This document shows positions 20,194 to 31,503 of a DNA stretch of 64,000 nucleotides, piece after piece (the first letter of the stretch is position 1; every line of letters starts with the position of its first letter). The position numbers were made by a program, and so were the translations under genes. The stretch comes from an uncultured delta proteobacterium (GTDB taxonomy: Bacteria; Desulfobacterota; Binatia; UBA9968): the NCBI GenBank assembly GCA_963847445.1, contig CAWJZV010000026.1, forward strand, positions 90,753 through 154,752, in the 5' to 3' direction. The notes beneath the pieces were generated by a model. The model saw only the letters and a program-made list of their open reading frames with translations, searched no databases and was not told where the DNA came from.

Positions 20194-21324
20194 ATGAGCG
20201 AAGGCAACCTACCGAAATTTGGCATCAGCAAGAACGTGAAACTGATTGGCCGCACCGACCTAGCCGGCGGCGGCCAAGTCGTCGTCGAGAACGGCTACGC
20301 TTACGTCGGCCACATGGACGCGCCCCATGGCACGACGATCCTCGATGTCAAAGATCCCAAGCAGCCGAAAGTCATCGCCGAAGTCGAAATCCCCGAGGGC
20401 GTGCATTCGCACAAGGTGCGCGTCAGCGGCGATATCATGCTGGTGAATCTGGAACGATACCGTGGCAAAGAAAGACCGCCGACGGGATTAAAGATTTACG
20501 ACATTGCCGACCGCACAAAGCCGCGCGAGATCGCTTTTTATCAAACCAACGGCGGCGTGCATCGCTTTACCTTCGACGGTCGTTACGCCTACCTGTCGGT
20601 GCATGTCGAAGGCTACATCGGCCGCATTCCGATTATTTTAGACGTCAAGGATCCGGCCAAGCCGGTAGAAGTGGGCCGCTGGTGGATGCCAGGGCAATGG
20701 ACCGCCGGCGGCGAGAAGCCTACTTGGGAAGGCACCGCACATCAGTGCCATCATCCGATCCGCTACGGCGACCGGCTCTACATCAGCTACTGGCACGGCG
20801 GTTTCGTGATTCTCGATATCGCCGACATGAGCAAACCGAAGTTTATCAGCGGCCTCAATTGGTCGCCGCCCTATCCTTCACCGATTCACACGACGTTGCC
20901 CATTCCATGGAAGCTCAAGGGCCGCGACATGATGGTGGTGGTCGACGAGGAGGCCGGCAAACGCGCGCCGACACCGCCGGCATTCATGTGGATGGTCGAT
21001 ATCACGGATGAAAAACAGCCGGTGTCGGTGTCGACCTTCAATCCCGAGGGCGCGTGGGATATCGCCCCTGGCAATCAATACGGCGCGCACCAACCGGCCG
21101 AGCAAGTCTACGACAACAAGATGTTCGTCACCTGGTTTAGCGGCGGCCTGCGCGTCGTCGATATTTCAAATCCATACAGCCTGCAAGAAATCGGCTACTA
21201 CGTGCCCAATCCAGGGCGCGGCCAGAAGACCGTCAAAAGCAACGATGTCTATCGCGACGCCAACGGCTTGCTCTACTTGATCGACCGGCTCGACGGCTTG
21301 GAAATACTCGAGTACCAGAGCTGA
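20194..21324 (+). CDS. LVIVD-repeat beta-propeller protein
   Basis: Repeats TILDVKDP, KIYDIADR, IILDVKDP, VILDIADM, WMVDITDE, RVVDISNP; GGAG RBS. Confidence 0.88.
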   Translation: MSEGNLPKFGISKNVKLIGRTDLAGGGQVVVENGYAYVGHMDAPHGTTILDVKDPKQPKVIAEVEIPEGVHSHKVRVSGDIMLVNLERYRGKERPPTGLKIYDIADRTKPREIAFYQTNGGVHRFTFDGRYAYLSVHVEGYIGRIPIILDVKDPAKPVEVGRWWMPGQWTAGGEKPTWEGTAHQCHHPIRYGDRLYISYWHGGFVILDIADMSKPKFISGLNWSPPYPSPIHTTLPIPWKLKGRDMMVVVDEEAGKRAPTPPAFMWMVDITDEKQPVSVSTFNPEGAWDIAPGNQYGAHQPAEQVYDNKMFVTWFSGGLRVVDISNPYSLQEIGYYVPNPGRGQKTVKSNDVYRDANGLLYLIDRLDGLEILEYQS

Positions 21325-21548
21325 CGATAAAGCGCAGGAATCATAGCCGGGCACGAAGCCGGCGGATAGAATTTCAATTGCAACCGCATCGGCGCAACGC
21401 CGTTGCCATCGAGGCTTGAGATTCCAATTCGCGAGGGATATGGTCGAAAGCAGTTCAACGCACCGCAGCTACAGCTTTCGTACCTCTAAGTTTTATTCAC
21501 TCCGCCCAAGCTACTGCTTGCAGCTCGCGATGCCTGAGGTGTTCGGCC

Positions 21549-23145
21549 GTGACCAAGACATTTGTCACCATTGGCAAGACCGCGACGGAATCCATCGATA
21601 CCGATCAGCCTGTCTGGGTGCTGTTACCGGAGACCATTCAGCCTGCGGTGGTATCGACTTACTCGCGCCAACTCCACGCTGGCTTGAAGGTGCTAGTGCG
21701 GCTCGGCAGCGCCAAAAACATCATCGAGGCGCACTGGCTGCCGCAATTGCACGCAGCCAACGAGAAGTCCGAATGACGCGAAGAGCGAACAGATCGCGGC
21801 TCTGCGACACCACGTCGCTGCTCTGGCGGGCGATGCACGCAAACGGGCGCAGATATTTCTCTCCTGTTTATCTAAGCAGCGACTGATCCGGCCGCCGCTC
21901 TATCCGATCTTGGAAAAACTTCGAGAAACAGCGCCGCTAACGGACAGAGATTTGACGCCGCTGGTCAACGCGCTCTGCGCCGCACTTAGAAAGAGCGGCG
22001 ACGTGCCATCGGGCCAGAAGCAAAAGCTCCGAACCTACATTCACAGCGGCGCCTACGATAGCGAAACCATGCTCTGGCTCGCGCTCTGCGTCGATCCGCT
22101 TTTTGCCCTGCACCTGTGGCATGACAGCCTCGCAAACCAATTGCCGGACCGCGCCGAAGAAGATCGCTCGCGCGACCAGGATGCGTTAGAATTAGAACGT
22201 GGTCTGCAACGGGCAGTGGAACATATCCGCGCGGGGACCCCTTGCGACGATCGAGTTTGCCGCGCCGATTGGCACGCGTGGCTCGCCGACTTGGTCGGCT
22301 GCGAACCGCAAGCGCATTTTTTCGCGACGATCGGCGCGATCCATCCGGGACTCAATAAGAGCGGCTGTCTGAATTTCGATCGATCGAAAAGCTTTCACGA
22401 TTTCGGCGAGACCGCTCCCCGATTCTTGACCCTCGACAAGCTCTCGCGCACCGTCACCGCATTGGACAGAACGCTGTCCCACCTGGCGGTGGTGTTCGCC
22501 GACGACGACACCGAGATGAAACAGTTATGTCAAGGACACCTCGTCCACTCCGGGCTATTGATCAGAGGTCTGGTCGGCGAAAGCGAGGCGATCAAGACGC
22601 TCTACCCATTTCACGCGATGGCGATTCCTAACCAACCCGAACTCAGCGATAGACTCATTGCTAAAGTTCGCGCCGCCTACGAGGACGGTTCGCTCGCGCG
22701 CACCTGCGCGGCACGTTACGCGATGCGCGCCGATGACCTCCGCAAGGGTATCGCAAAGGCGATATCGATCCAAAAACAACTATTGCAATTGGTGCCGATC
22801 GAAGTGCATCGCCTGGCTGATGCCATTGAAACCCGCGTTCGCCTGCGCAAAATCGCCGAGAGCTTAACGTCGCCCAATCATCGGCAACAGGCGTTCACGA
22901 TCGAGGCGGCAATCCGCGCTCATGCCATGAGACAGCAGCAGCTCGGCAAGACTTTAAAGGCCGACTTTCGCATCGATCCTTCCAGACTATTTTCCCTCGA
23001 CAATTTTCTGATCGACAGAATCAAAGCGCACTTCGGCAACGAGCTGGAATTCATGCGCACGGTCTTAGCTCCCTACTTTGAGCGCAACCAGGCTGCCCAA
23101 ACAATCCCAGTCGGCAACGGCCAGCCCTGGTATGGCGATCAATAG
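21549..23145 (+). CDS. Hypothetical protein, probably one ~530-aa gene with a frameshift near 21770
   Basis: ORF 21549..21776 overlaps the frame of 21910..23145, which is open from 21688 with no start codon before 21910 and reads KSEQIAALRHHVAALAGDARK... Confidence 0.6.
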
Positions 23146-23250
23146 CTGACCCTGGCATGGCGCCGAACGGCGACGCTCACAAACCGCCAACACGGAGTCA
23201 GATTCTTATCGCGCTCCGATGGTGATTGAAAAATAGCGAAAGGCGAAGCC

Positions 23251-24219
23251 ATGTTGCTGGTGACAAAACCGATGTTATCGTTGGTGCTCTTTGGACTCCT
23301 ACACTTCTTCAGCGGTGGTGTCGGCGCCGAACCGATACGCATCGCCATGCCGTCCAAGAGCTTGACCTTTTTGAATTTCTACCTGGCCGAGAAATTCGGC
23401 CTGTTCAAAAACGAAGGGCTCGAAGCGAGTTTTCCGGTCGGCAAGGCCGACGTGCAGCTCACCGCGGTGATCACCGGCGAGATGGAATATATCGCCGCCG
23501 CGGGCACATCGCTGCGCGGCGCGGCCACCGGCCTGCCGGTGAAGGCGCTGATGTTCGCTCTCGACAAACCGCTGTTCTTCATGATGGTCAAGCCCGAAAC
23601 CAAACGCATCCAGGATCTCAAAGGCAAAGCCGTCGCCGTCACCGCCGTGGCCGCCACCGACGCCCTCGGCGCGCGCGCCATGGCCAAGGCCGCCGGCATG
23701 AATCCCGATCAAGATTTGGTTTTTCTAAGCGCCGGCAACACCGCCAACGCCCTCGCGGCGGTGCAGGCCGGTTCGGCGGCGGCGGCGATGCTGTCGATTC
23801 CCTTCAACTTGAAAGCCGAAGAACTGGGCCACCGCAGCCTCGGCAACGCCGCCGATTACCTGCGCACGGTGTTGTCCGGCCTGGCGACCTCCGACGCGCG
23901 CATCAAGGCCAATCCGGCGCAGGTCAAACGCACCATCCGCGCGGCGCTGCGCGGCATGGACTTCGCCCGCGATCCGGCGAACCAGGAGAAAATCATCCCC
24001 TACATCATGGAAGACTTTCAGCTCGACCGTAAGACCGCCGAGGCGTCGTTGCGCGAGATCGTCAAGCACTACTCCAAGGACGGCACCACCAGCGAAGACG
24101 CCGTGCGCGCCGATATCGAGTTCGTCCGGGAGCAGAACAAACTCAAGACCGCGATACCCACCGCCCAAGTATTGGACTACAGTTTGCTAAAAGAAGTGTT
24201 GGCGGAGCTGAAAAAGTGA
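23251..24219 (+). CDS. SsuA/NMT1-type ABC substrate-binding protein
   Basis: 322 aa; signal peptide, GLFKNEGLE, DLKGKAVAV. Confidence 0.9.
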   Translation: MLLVTKPMLSLVLFGLLHFFSGGVGAEPIRIAMPSKSLTFLNFYLAEKFGLFKNEGLEASFPVGKADVQLTAVITGEMEYIAAAGTSLRGAATGLPVKALMFALDKPLFFMMVKPETKRIQDLKGKAVAVTAVAATDALGARAMAKAAGMNPDQDLVFLSAGNTANALAAVQAGSAAAAMLSIPFNLKAEELGHRSLGNAADYLRTVLSGLATSDARIKANPAQVKRTIRAALRGMDFARDPANQEKIIPYIMEDFQLDRKTAEASLREIVKHYSKDGTTSEDAVRADIEFVREQNKLKTAIPTAQVLDYSLLKEVLAELKK

Positions 24220-24227
24220 TCTGAAGC

Positions 24228-25820
24228 TCACAGCGCTTCGAACACCGCGGCGCCACGATCCTCATAGCGCAGCGCGAATCGCGAGTCGCTCAGGAAATGA
24301 AAATAGGCGTTAGCATCGAACTCCTTGAGCAAATAAATATAGCGCGCGCGATAGCGCTCCTTGAGCAACTTAAACGCATCCACGCCTGCCGGATCGGCAC
24401 AGGCGCCGGTGGGACAGAGGAGCGATGGCCGGTGCGCCGCGATTTTCAAACCGGACAAATACAACTGCGGATCGAAAGCGTACTGGAAGATCGGGTCCAT
24501 GCCGCTGGTGTAAACATTCTTGGTATTCCAAAAAAACAGCTCCGCGAAATAGTACCAGCGAAAATTAAACACGACATCGCCGGCGTTGGAGTTGGCATGG
24601 AGCCAGCGCGCCGCCGGCTCAACTTGATTGACATCCCAGCCGAGCGCGACCACGCGATGGCGCTGCGTCACGCTGTAAACCGCGAGCACGCAGAACAAGC
24701 CGACGACGGCGAGGCGCGGCCATTTTTTACCAGGCATGATCTCGCCCACCGCCAGTGCCAACACCAGCACGCCGAAAGCCGAACAAAAATCGAAACCGCG
24801 GCGGGCAAACAGGATCGCAACTAGGAAGAAACCCGATGACAGCATCGCGCTCAGGAGTAGCGCGGTTTTCATTGACAAGGCGAGCTGGGATCGATTGGCG
24901 ATGGCGCGCCACAAGAGAAACAGCAGACTTGCCAACCACAGCAGGATAAACGGCAGATAGTTGCTGGAGTAAGCGAGCACCAACGGGCGCAGCTCGGCGC
25001 CGAATTCGAGCGGCGCATGAGCGACGTTCGCAAGCGTAAGGTCGACAACTTGAACATAAGCGATCGATGCCGCGCCCAACGGATTGGGCCGCAGCAGCCA
25101 GCCGGCGACGAGCCCCGCGCAGCCCGCAACGAATTCACGCCAGCGCAGTTCCCTATCCGTGAAGATTTTAATCGCCGGAAATAAACCGAGCAAGATCAGC
25201 GGCGCAAAAAAAAGACTCAAATGGACCCAGGCGATGGCAAAGGCGATGAAAAAGACACCGCGAAGATGACCGTGCACGATCTGCGCCAGTAACAGAACAG
25301 TCAGTCCGAGCGACAGCACTTGCGGCCGAAGCATGGTGACGCGGTGCAGCAGAAACGCCGAGGATACCAGCAGTGCGAATGGCCAGAGCCATGCCGGCTT
25401 GAGCTCGAGCTTCGCACAAGCGCAATAGATCGTCAGGAGAAACGCCCAGGTCAGTCCCACCCCGGCCAGACGCATGGCCAACACCGGATCGCCGATCCAG
25501 GTAAACGGCATCAAGAGGACATGAAAGCCGTACCAAATATCCGCCGAGTATTTACCGATGACCGAAAAGGGAATCCACGGAAACGCCGACGAGAAGAGAC
25601 TCCCCTCGCCATAAAGCGCCGCGTGGCGGAAATGATAAAAGGCGTCGGGGTCGGCGAACTTGTCCGAGCTAAAATGCAACAGCGCCGAAACGATCAATGC
25701 GATGAGCGCAAAGATCAGCGCTTGGCTGCGCGCGCTGAGCGCAGGCAGCCAAGGAGCTCTCACCGCTCTATCGCCATGCGCTTGCCGAGCGCTGCGCCGC
25801 TGTTTTCGCAATCTCGCCAT
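24228..25820 (-). CDS. Multi-pass membrane protein, probable GT-C-fold glycosyltransferase
   Basis: More than 10 hydrophobic segments; DPDAFYH after the first TM; MLRPQ motif; soluble C-terminal domain. Confidence 0.65.
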   Translation of the reverse strand: MARLRKQRRSARQAHGDRAVRAPWLPALSARSQALIFALIALIVSALLHFSSDKFADPDAFYHFRHAALYGEGSLFSSAFPWIPFSVIGKYSADIWYGFHVLLMPFTWIGDPVLAMRLAGVGLTWAFLLTIYCACAKLELKPAWLWPFALLVSSAFLLHRVTMLRPQVLSLGLTVLLLAQIVHGHLRGVFFIAFAIAWVHLSLFFAPLILLGLFPAIKIFTDRELRWREFVAGCAGLVAGWLLRPNPLGAASIAYVQVVDLTLANVAHAPLEFGAELRPLVLAYSSNYLPFILLWLASLLFLLWRAIANRSQLALSMKTALLLSAMLSSGFFLVAILFARRGFDFCSAFGVLVLALAVGEIMPGKKWPRLAVVGLFCVLAVYSVTQRHRVVALGWDVNQVEPAARWLHANSNAGDVVFNFRWYYFAELFFWNTKNVYTSGMDPIFQYAFDPQLYLSGLKIAAHRPSLLCPTGACADPAGVDAFKLLKERYRARYIYLLKEFDANAYFHFLSDSRFALRYEDRGAAVFEAL

Positions 25821-25921
25821 AACGGTTGCCGCCAACCGTAACCGAGATCTTACGATCAATCAAAGCAAACGGCGTCGCAACTGCGATTCACTCTTTTTCC
25901 GATCATCAGCGGTTCGACCAT

Positions 25922-25947
25922 GTAGGGCAGACCCCTGTGTCTGCCCT
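25922..25947 (+). repeat. GTAG-type REP palindrome
   Basis: GTAGGGCAGACCCCTGTGTCTGCCCT. Confidence 0.8.
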
Positions 25948-26012
25948 CTGCGCACCGGCGCCAGCGCGTTCTCGCTGGCTGGCATTCGCCAGGTCAGTTG
26001 CCGTGCGGAGAG

Positions 26013-27011
26013 TTATTTATTGATGCCGTAGGCCGCGTAGGTTCGCTGCAAGAAGCCGCTCTCGTCGAGTTTTCTGAGCGGCCGGTTGTCGATGAGATCC
26101 TCGACTTTGACATTGCCGATGACCGGGTTTTGGATTTTCATCAAGCGCTGGATATTTTTTATGCCGTCCAACGAGACATAGGGTTTTTGGTCGATGATCT
26201 GCACCAGATCGCGATAACCCTGCTCGGCGACGACGGCGTCGGCGATCTTTAGCCGTTTCATGATCGTGCCCACCACCACCGCTTTGTTCGCCGGCGCCAG
26301 AATGAACGCCAGACTTTCGACCAGCCCTTTGAGCAGATTCTCCGCCGCCTCCGGCTGTTGTTGAAAGAAACCACGGGTACCGACGATGACGTTGCTGACA
26401 TAGGGAATCCTGGTTTCGGCCAGCTCGGCGAGAACCGTAAAACCCTTTTGCTTCAAGCGGCGGCTGAACACGCCGTCAAGGGCGGTCGCATCGATGGTGC
26501 CGCTTTCCATCGCCTGCACCAGCACCGTCTGATCGCCGATGTTTAGAATGCTGATATTGTCGCGCCGCTGTTCGAGGCCGAGATGCTCCAAACCCAGCAC
26601 CGCGCCCATCCAAACCGAGCCGCCGATGGCTTGCACGCCGAAGCGCTTGCCGCGCAGCTCTTCGGCTTTCTTGATTTCCGGCCGGGCGACCATCGTATAA
26701 GTTAGCTTGTTGGTGAACGACGCGATCATGCGCAAGTCGGTGCCGGCGCTGGAGGCGCCAAGAATCGACGCGGGACCGGAGTAGGCGACCTGGGTTGCGC
26801 CTGAGCTGACGGCGGCGACTTGAATCGGTCCGGTGCGGATAAACACGACGTCGGCTTCGACGCCATGCTTGGCGAACAATCCTTGCTCTTGAGCGATCCA
26901 CAGCGGCGTCTGGCGCGGATTTACACCGGCAAATGAAATGGCGATTTTCTGCGCTGCGCTGGCGGGTTGAATTGACCCGGCAGCGCCGAGCAATGCGAAA
27001 ATGGCGCACAA
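26013..27011 (-). CDS. SsuA/NMT1-type ABC substrate-binding protein
   Basis: PLWIAQEQGLFAKHGVEADVVF, ELRGKRFGV, KLDESGF. Confidence 0.88.
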   Translation of the reverse strand: MCAIFALLGAAGSIQPASAAQKIAISFAGVNPRQTPLWIAQEQGLFAKHGVEADVVFIRTGPIQVAAVSSGATQVAYSGPASILGASSAGTDLRMIASFTNKLTYTMVARPEIKKAEELRGKRFGVQAIGGSVWMGAVLGLEHLGLEQRRDNISILNIGDQTVLVQAMESGTIDATALDGVFSRRLKQKGFTVLAELAETRIPYVSNVIVGTRGFFQQQPEAAENLLKGLVESLAFILAPANKAVVVGTIMKRLKIADAVVAEQGYRDLVQIIDQKPYVSLDGIKNIQRLMKIQNPVIGNVKVEDLIDNRPLRKLDESGFLQRTYAAYGINK

Positions 27012-27032
27012 CCCGTCAAGCGACTGCGCCGG

Positions 27033-27938
27033 TTAGCTAAAACCGAAAGTCTGGCGGAACGATTTCTGATAGCCGTCGATATTGCGAAAGACCGTATCCC
27101 AATTGGAATCCCAAAAACGGATGCCTTTGAGCTTCAGCAACGAGCCGGTCAGCTCGACATCCGGGCGCACCGGATAGCGCAGCGCGATGTTTTGGATCGC
27201 CCGCTGCCCCTCTTGCGACAGAATAAAATCGATGAATAGTTTGCCGGCATTACCGTGGGGCGCGTTCTTGGCTAGACCGATGGCGACTGGCGGGCGGCTC
27301 GGATCGCGTCCGTAGCGCAGCTCCTGCTGCGCCAGCCGGCGCATAAACTGCGGCGCCTTTTCTTTGCCCAGGATTTCGACCATGGTGGCGTACCACTCGA
27401 TGTCGTCCTCGTTGAGCCACATTTTGCCTCTCCATTTGGGCAAGAGAAAATCGTCATGGGCACGCGGCGCTTCGGCGCGCGAGATTTGCTTGGTATTGAA
27501 AGCCGTGACGAAGCTCACGGTGTACGCCGCCGTCCAGTAACCTTCTTTGTCTTTTAGGTTGTTGCTGATCGTCGATCGTTCCGGCGAAGGGTATGGCGCC
27601 AACGCCCCCTTCTGCGCCAGCAGCCAAGCTTGCAGTCCGCCGATGCCGCCGTAAACATCGGCGCTAAACAGCCCGGCGCGCTGCTCGCGGAGAATTCTTT
27701 CGTAGACCGCGGTAGTTCCTTGACGGTGATAGTTGCTCTTGATCGCGGCATACTTTTGATTGAACTGCTTGATCAGCGCGTGCATATGGTCGATCTGCGT
27801 GGTGCCGTAGATCATCAGGTTGGCTTCCTTGACCGCGGCTTTCACCAGCTCGTCAGACGCGCCGTTGGCGCCACTGTCGACCAATGCAAAAGCGACCGCC
27901 AAGGCGCCTAAGAACGCTGGTGTTTTGAATGGTAACAT
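27033..27938 (-). CDS. AfuA/Fe3+-thiamine-type extracellular solute-binding protein with apparent internal deletion (possible pseudogene)
   Basis: ERILREQRAG, YPSPER, AFNTK, LPKWRGK, KNAPHGNAGKLFIDFILSQEGQ. The segment between ELRYGR and AIGLAK is unusually short. Confidence 0.75.
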   Translation of the reverse strand: MLPFKTPAFLGALAVAFALVDSGANGASDELVKAAVKEANLMIYGTTQIDHMHALIKQFNQKYAAIKSNYHRQGTTAVYERILREQRAGLFSADVYGGIGGLQAWLLAQKGALAPYPSPERSTISNNLKDKEGYWTAAYTVSFVTAFNTKQISRAEAPRAHDDFLLPKWRGKMWLNEDDIEWYATMVEILGKEKAPQFMRRLAQQELRYGRDPSRPPVAIGLAKNAPHGNAGKLFIDFILSQEGQRAIQNIALRYPVRPDVELTGSLLKLKGIRFWDSNWDTVFRNIDGYQKSFRQTFGFS

Positions 27939-28180
27939 CGTGCCTCCGTCGAGCACGCCATTCGGCGCTTAGAGCAGCCAGTTGAGATCGTAGAGCCGCA
28001 CCGCGTTGGCGAACGTGAGTTTGCGCTGCAGCGGGCGGGGGTAAGTGAATCAGCCGGCGAATACATCCGAAATGCCCTCCGCTGTAACGATCTGTGAGCC
28101 ATTGGATCGCTCTTGTCTAAGTTTCTAGCGCGGTCGACGCGCGGCCGGACAGAGGTTGATGCAGCGGACGATGGTTCCAA

Positions 28181-28687
28181 TCACCCCGAAACGTCAAGAG
28201 AAGCCGCCGTTTGACCGCGCTTGCACTCGCCGCCAACGAGTTCGGCTGGTCCATCGTCCGCGAGAGCGGAAATCAATACTTCGAGTTGATACCGTCGGCT
28301 ATGTCGCGCTGAAATCAATCCACTCTCGGTCAAACCGCGAGGCAACGAAAATCGTTCGCCATACGAGCGACAGCAATCGCCAGGGATTGTGAGCGAACAC
28401 TTTTGGCGGGAACATTTTTCAACGGAATTGAAAGCAGAGTCTGACTCACGCGACGAGGGTGGTTGAAATACTTCGTATACCAAAGACTGAATGTGGTATT
28501 TGGCTAACGTTTGCTCAGCGATCGCTCTGTCGATCAACCCAAGAGTTCGATGTGTTCGCTTGTTGAGGCGGAGCTGACGTCGATCCAAGCCGGCGAAACC
28601 AGATGTCTTTCGTTCCTTAGTGAGGGTGAGGTTCACAAAGGAAAGCGCGCCCGCGATCAAAGCGGCAATGATCGTAGCCATTGCCAC
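28181..28687 (-). pseudogene. Degenerate ORF remnants in a lower-GC patch
   Basis: TM segment + KERKTSGF followed by out-of-frame AWID; downstream LVGGECK; no coherent long ORF. Confidence 0.3.
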
Positions 28688-28985
28688 TATCGACTGCGGG
28701 GGAGTTCTCCAGGGGCCTAAGCAGTTGTTATACTGACCACTATATTACGATTAATGACTTACGTCCTTGCAATGAAATTTAGCTTTATGGTCAATCAGTC
28801 GTTGTTCGATTCACATGGGCAGTTATTCCAATATACTCGGCCCACATATTACCAATTTACTGCCAGCGTTAGCGAGGTTTTGCCGGCTAGTCGCCGGCGT
28901 AATGGTTTCACGGTTTGCAACAAACTGAGTTCTGAGATCGAATTCAACGCCGTTCGCCCCATCGACACTTCACCGCCCCAACATG

Positions 28986-29943
28986 TCAGGGCAAGCTAAA
29001 GACGATCAGTTGATCCGTCACCCCGCCTGATCCAGGCTTCAACGATCCGGCGACGAGGTAGACACGTCCGCCGGTGGTCGCGGCGGCTGTCCCGTGCCGG
29101 CCGCCGGGCATGGGGGCCAGCGTCCGCCAGCTTTTTGTTTTCGGACTGTAGGCCTCGTTCTCGGCGAAGGTATTGGGCGCGAGCTCGCCGCCCAACACCA
29201 GAACCATGCCTTCATAGAGCGTCGCGGCGAGGCCGCTGCGCGCGGTCGGCAGCGGCGACCCCGACGTCCAAGTGTTGCTTGCCGGGTCGTAGATGTCGTG
29301 CATATCGGTCATATCATTGCTCGCGCCGAAGCGTCCGCCGATCGCATGAATTTTCCCATCGGCGGCGACCAGCGCCATATGATCACGCGCCTTCGGCAGC
29401 GGCGCACGCTCGCTCCAAGCTGTTGGTCGTCGGATCGTAGACCTGGTGCGTCGCGACGGTATCGCCCGCCGGAGTGCGGCCGCCGACCGCGTGAATCTTG
29501 CCGTCGAGCGCGGTGACGCCGACCGAGCCCAAACCAACCTTGAGCGGGCTGAGCGAGCGCCAGCTGTCCGCGGCGGGATCGTATTCAAGAACATGGGGTT
29601 GACCGTCCTTGTGCACCGAGCCGACAAAGCCGCCGACGGTGTAGATCTTGCCGTTCAAAACCGCCGTGCCGATGTGGTCGAGACCGTGCGGCAGCGGCGC
29701 GCGGCTGCGCCAGCGATCGGTGGCCGGGTCGTATTCATCATGATAGGTGCCCGCCACCCCGGCTACGCCGCCGCCGATGACGTGAATTTTCCCGCCCACC
29801 GCCGCCAGCGCCACTTCGTTGCGTGGGGTCGGGATCGGCGCTTTCATGGTCCAGCTTCCCGGCGATTGCGCGTAAACGGTCGACACGCCAAGCACGATGG
29901 CGAGTGCCGCGAACTGTAAAAACTTCAATAATCGATTATGCAT
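28986..29943 (-). CDS. Secreted Kelch-repeat (galactose-oxidase-like propeller) protein, frameshift near 29415
   Basis: ORFs 29383..29976 and 28986..29627; repeated KIHVIGG/KIYTVGG/KIHAIGG and YDPxxxxW; signal peptide. Confidence 0.88.
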
Positions 29944-29983
29944 CCTGTCCTCCGGTCCGTTCGTAAGGCACGTCATCAGGACA

Positions 29984-30074
29984 AGGGCAGGTTTCCAACC
30001 CGCCCCAACGAATTCCGATTCTTTTTTGCGTTCTTTGCGGCCATGATTCTCATCGGGTGCCGCTTCGCCGCGCT
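29984..30074. repeat. Composite REP-like element, copy 1
   Basis: agggcaggtttccaacccgcccc ... tttgcgttctttgcggc ... ggtgccgcttcgccgcgct; similar to 31703..31809. Confidence 0.65.
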
Positions 30075-30251
30075 CGAGCTAACTGCCAGAGCAGCCCTAC
30101 GGACAATAGTTCCAGTCGAGCCGAAGCGTCAAGAGCAATTCACGGCGCAATGCTCGTCGCTAAGCCTTGGCTGCGACCGCAGCGCGCGGCGCGCGGCGGT
30201 TTGTCGTTGGCCGAGCTTTAAGATAAAAAATTGCCAGCGAAGATTTACAAC

Positions 30252-31503
30252 ATGACCGCACAACCGAGCCGTCTGTCGTTATTCCGCCAGCGGGATTTTT
30301 GCGTCTTCTGGACCGGTTCGTTTCTCTCCAGCATGGGCACGCAGTTCACCACGGTGGCGATGGCGTGGCAGATCTACGAGCTGACCAATTCAGCCATGCA
30401 AATCGGCCTGCTCGGCTTAGCCCGCGCTTTACCGCAGATCGTTTTGCTGCTGGTCGGCGGCCTGCTCGCCGACGCCATGGACCGGCGCAAGCTCATGATG
30501 TGCACACAGACCGGACTGTTCTGCATCTCGACCACCCTGGCGCTGCTCACTTATTTCGGCAAAGCTTCGCCGCATATGCTTTACGCCGCGACCATGCTGC
30601 TGGCGATCTTCACGTCGCTGGAACAGCCGTCGCGCCAATCGATGATTCCCAACTCTGGTGCCGCGCGACCATTTGGCTCAAGCGTTGACGCTGCAAGGCA
30701 CGCAACGCTACGTGCCGGTGATCGCCGGACCGTCGCTCGCCGGCGTGGTTCTCGCCTTCTCCGGTCCCGCCGCTTGTTATGCCGTCGATGCCTGCTCTTG
30801 GCTGGCGATGCTCTCGGCCTTGCGAATGCTCCGCACCAAGATCCCCGAAGGGGGCGGCTGGAAGAGCGTCTCGCTGGCGTCGTTGCGCGAAGGCTGGGCT
30901 TTCGTCTGGTCGCACAGCGTGATTTTCCCGCTGATGCTGCTCGACTTCAGCGCGACGTTCTTTGGCAACGCGCGCGGATTATTTCCGATCTTCGCCCGCG
31001 ACATCCTTTTCGTCGGGCCGGCAGGACTCGGATTACTCTATGCCGCTCGTGCCGTCGGCTCGCTGCTCGCCGCCATCGGCATGACACTGCTTGGCCCGGT
31101 AAGACGGGGCGGCCGCTGGATCGTCATCGGCATCGGAATCTACGGTCTGTCCACTGCGCTGTTCGCTCAGTCGCAGCTATTTTGGTTTTCCATAATCATG
31201 CTCACACTGACCGGCGCCGGCGACACCATCAGTTCGATCCTGCGCTCGACCATCAACCAGTTGAGCACGCCCGACGAATTGCGCGGCCGCATGTCGTCGA
31301 TCAACAGCATTTTCACCAGCAATGGACCGCAGCTCGGCCAATTCGAATCCGGTCTCGTCGCTGCTTGGCTCGGCGCCCAGATGTCCGCGCTCACCGGCGG
31401 GCTGGCGACGCTGATGATTCTAGCGGCGGTGACGGCCGGATATCCTGTGCTGCGGCGCTATCGGATTCCTCAGGGTGGCATGACAGAGGAGCGACCACGA
31501 TGA
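30252..31503 (+). CDS. MFS transporter (EntS/DHA3-like), frameshift near 30652
   Basis: FRQRDFCVFWTG, GGLLADAMDRRKL, TPDELRGRMSS; two overlapping ORFs. Confidence 0.88.

Noticed and set aside
28700-28780. Integron attC-like site at the edge of the low-GC patch
   Set aside because: No clear RYYYAAC...GTTRRRY pairing, and no integrase or cassette array.
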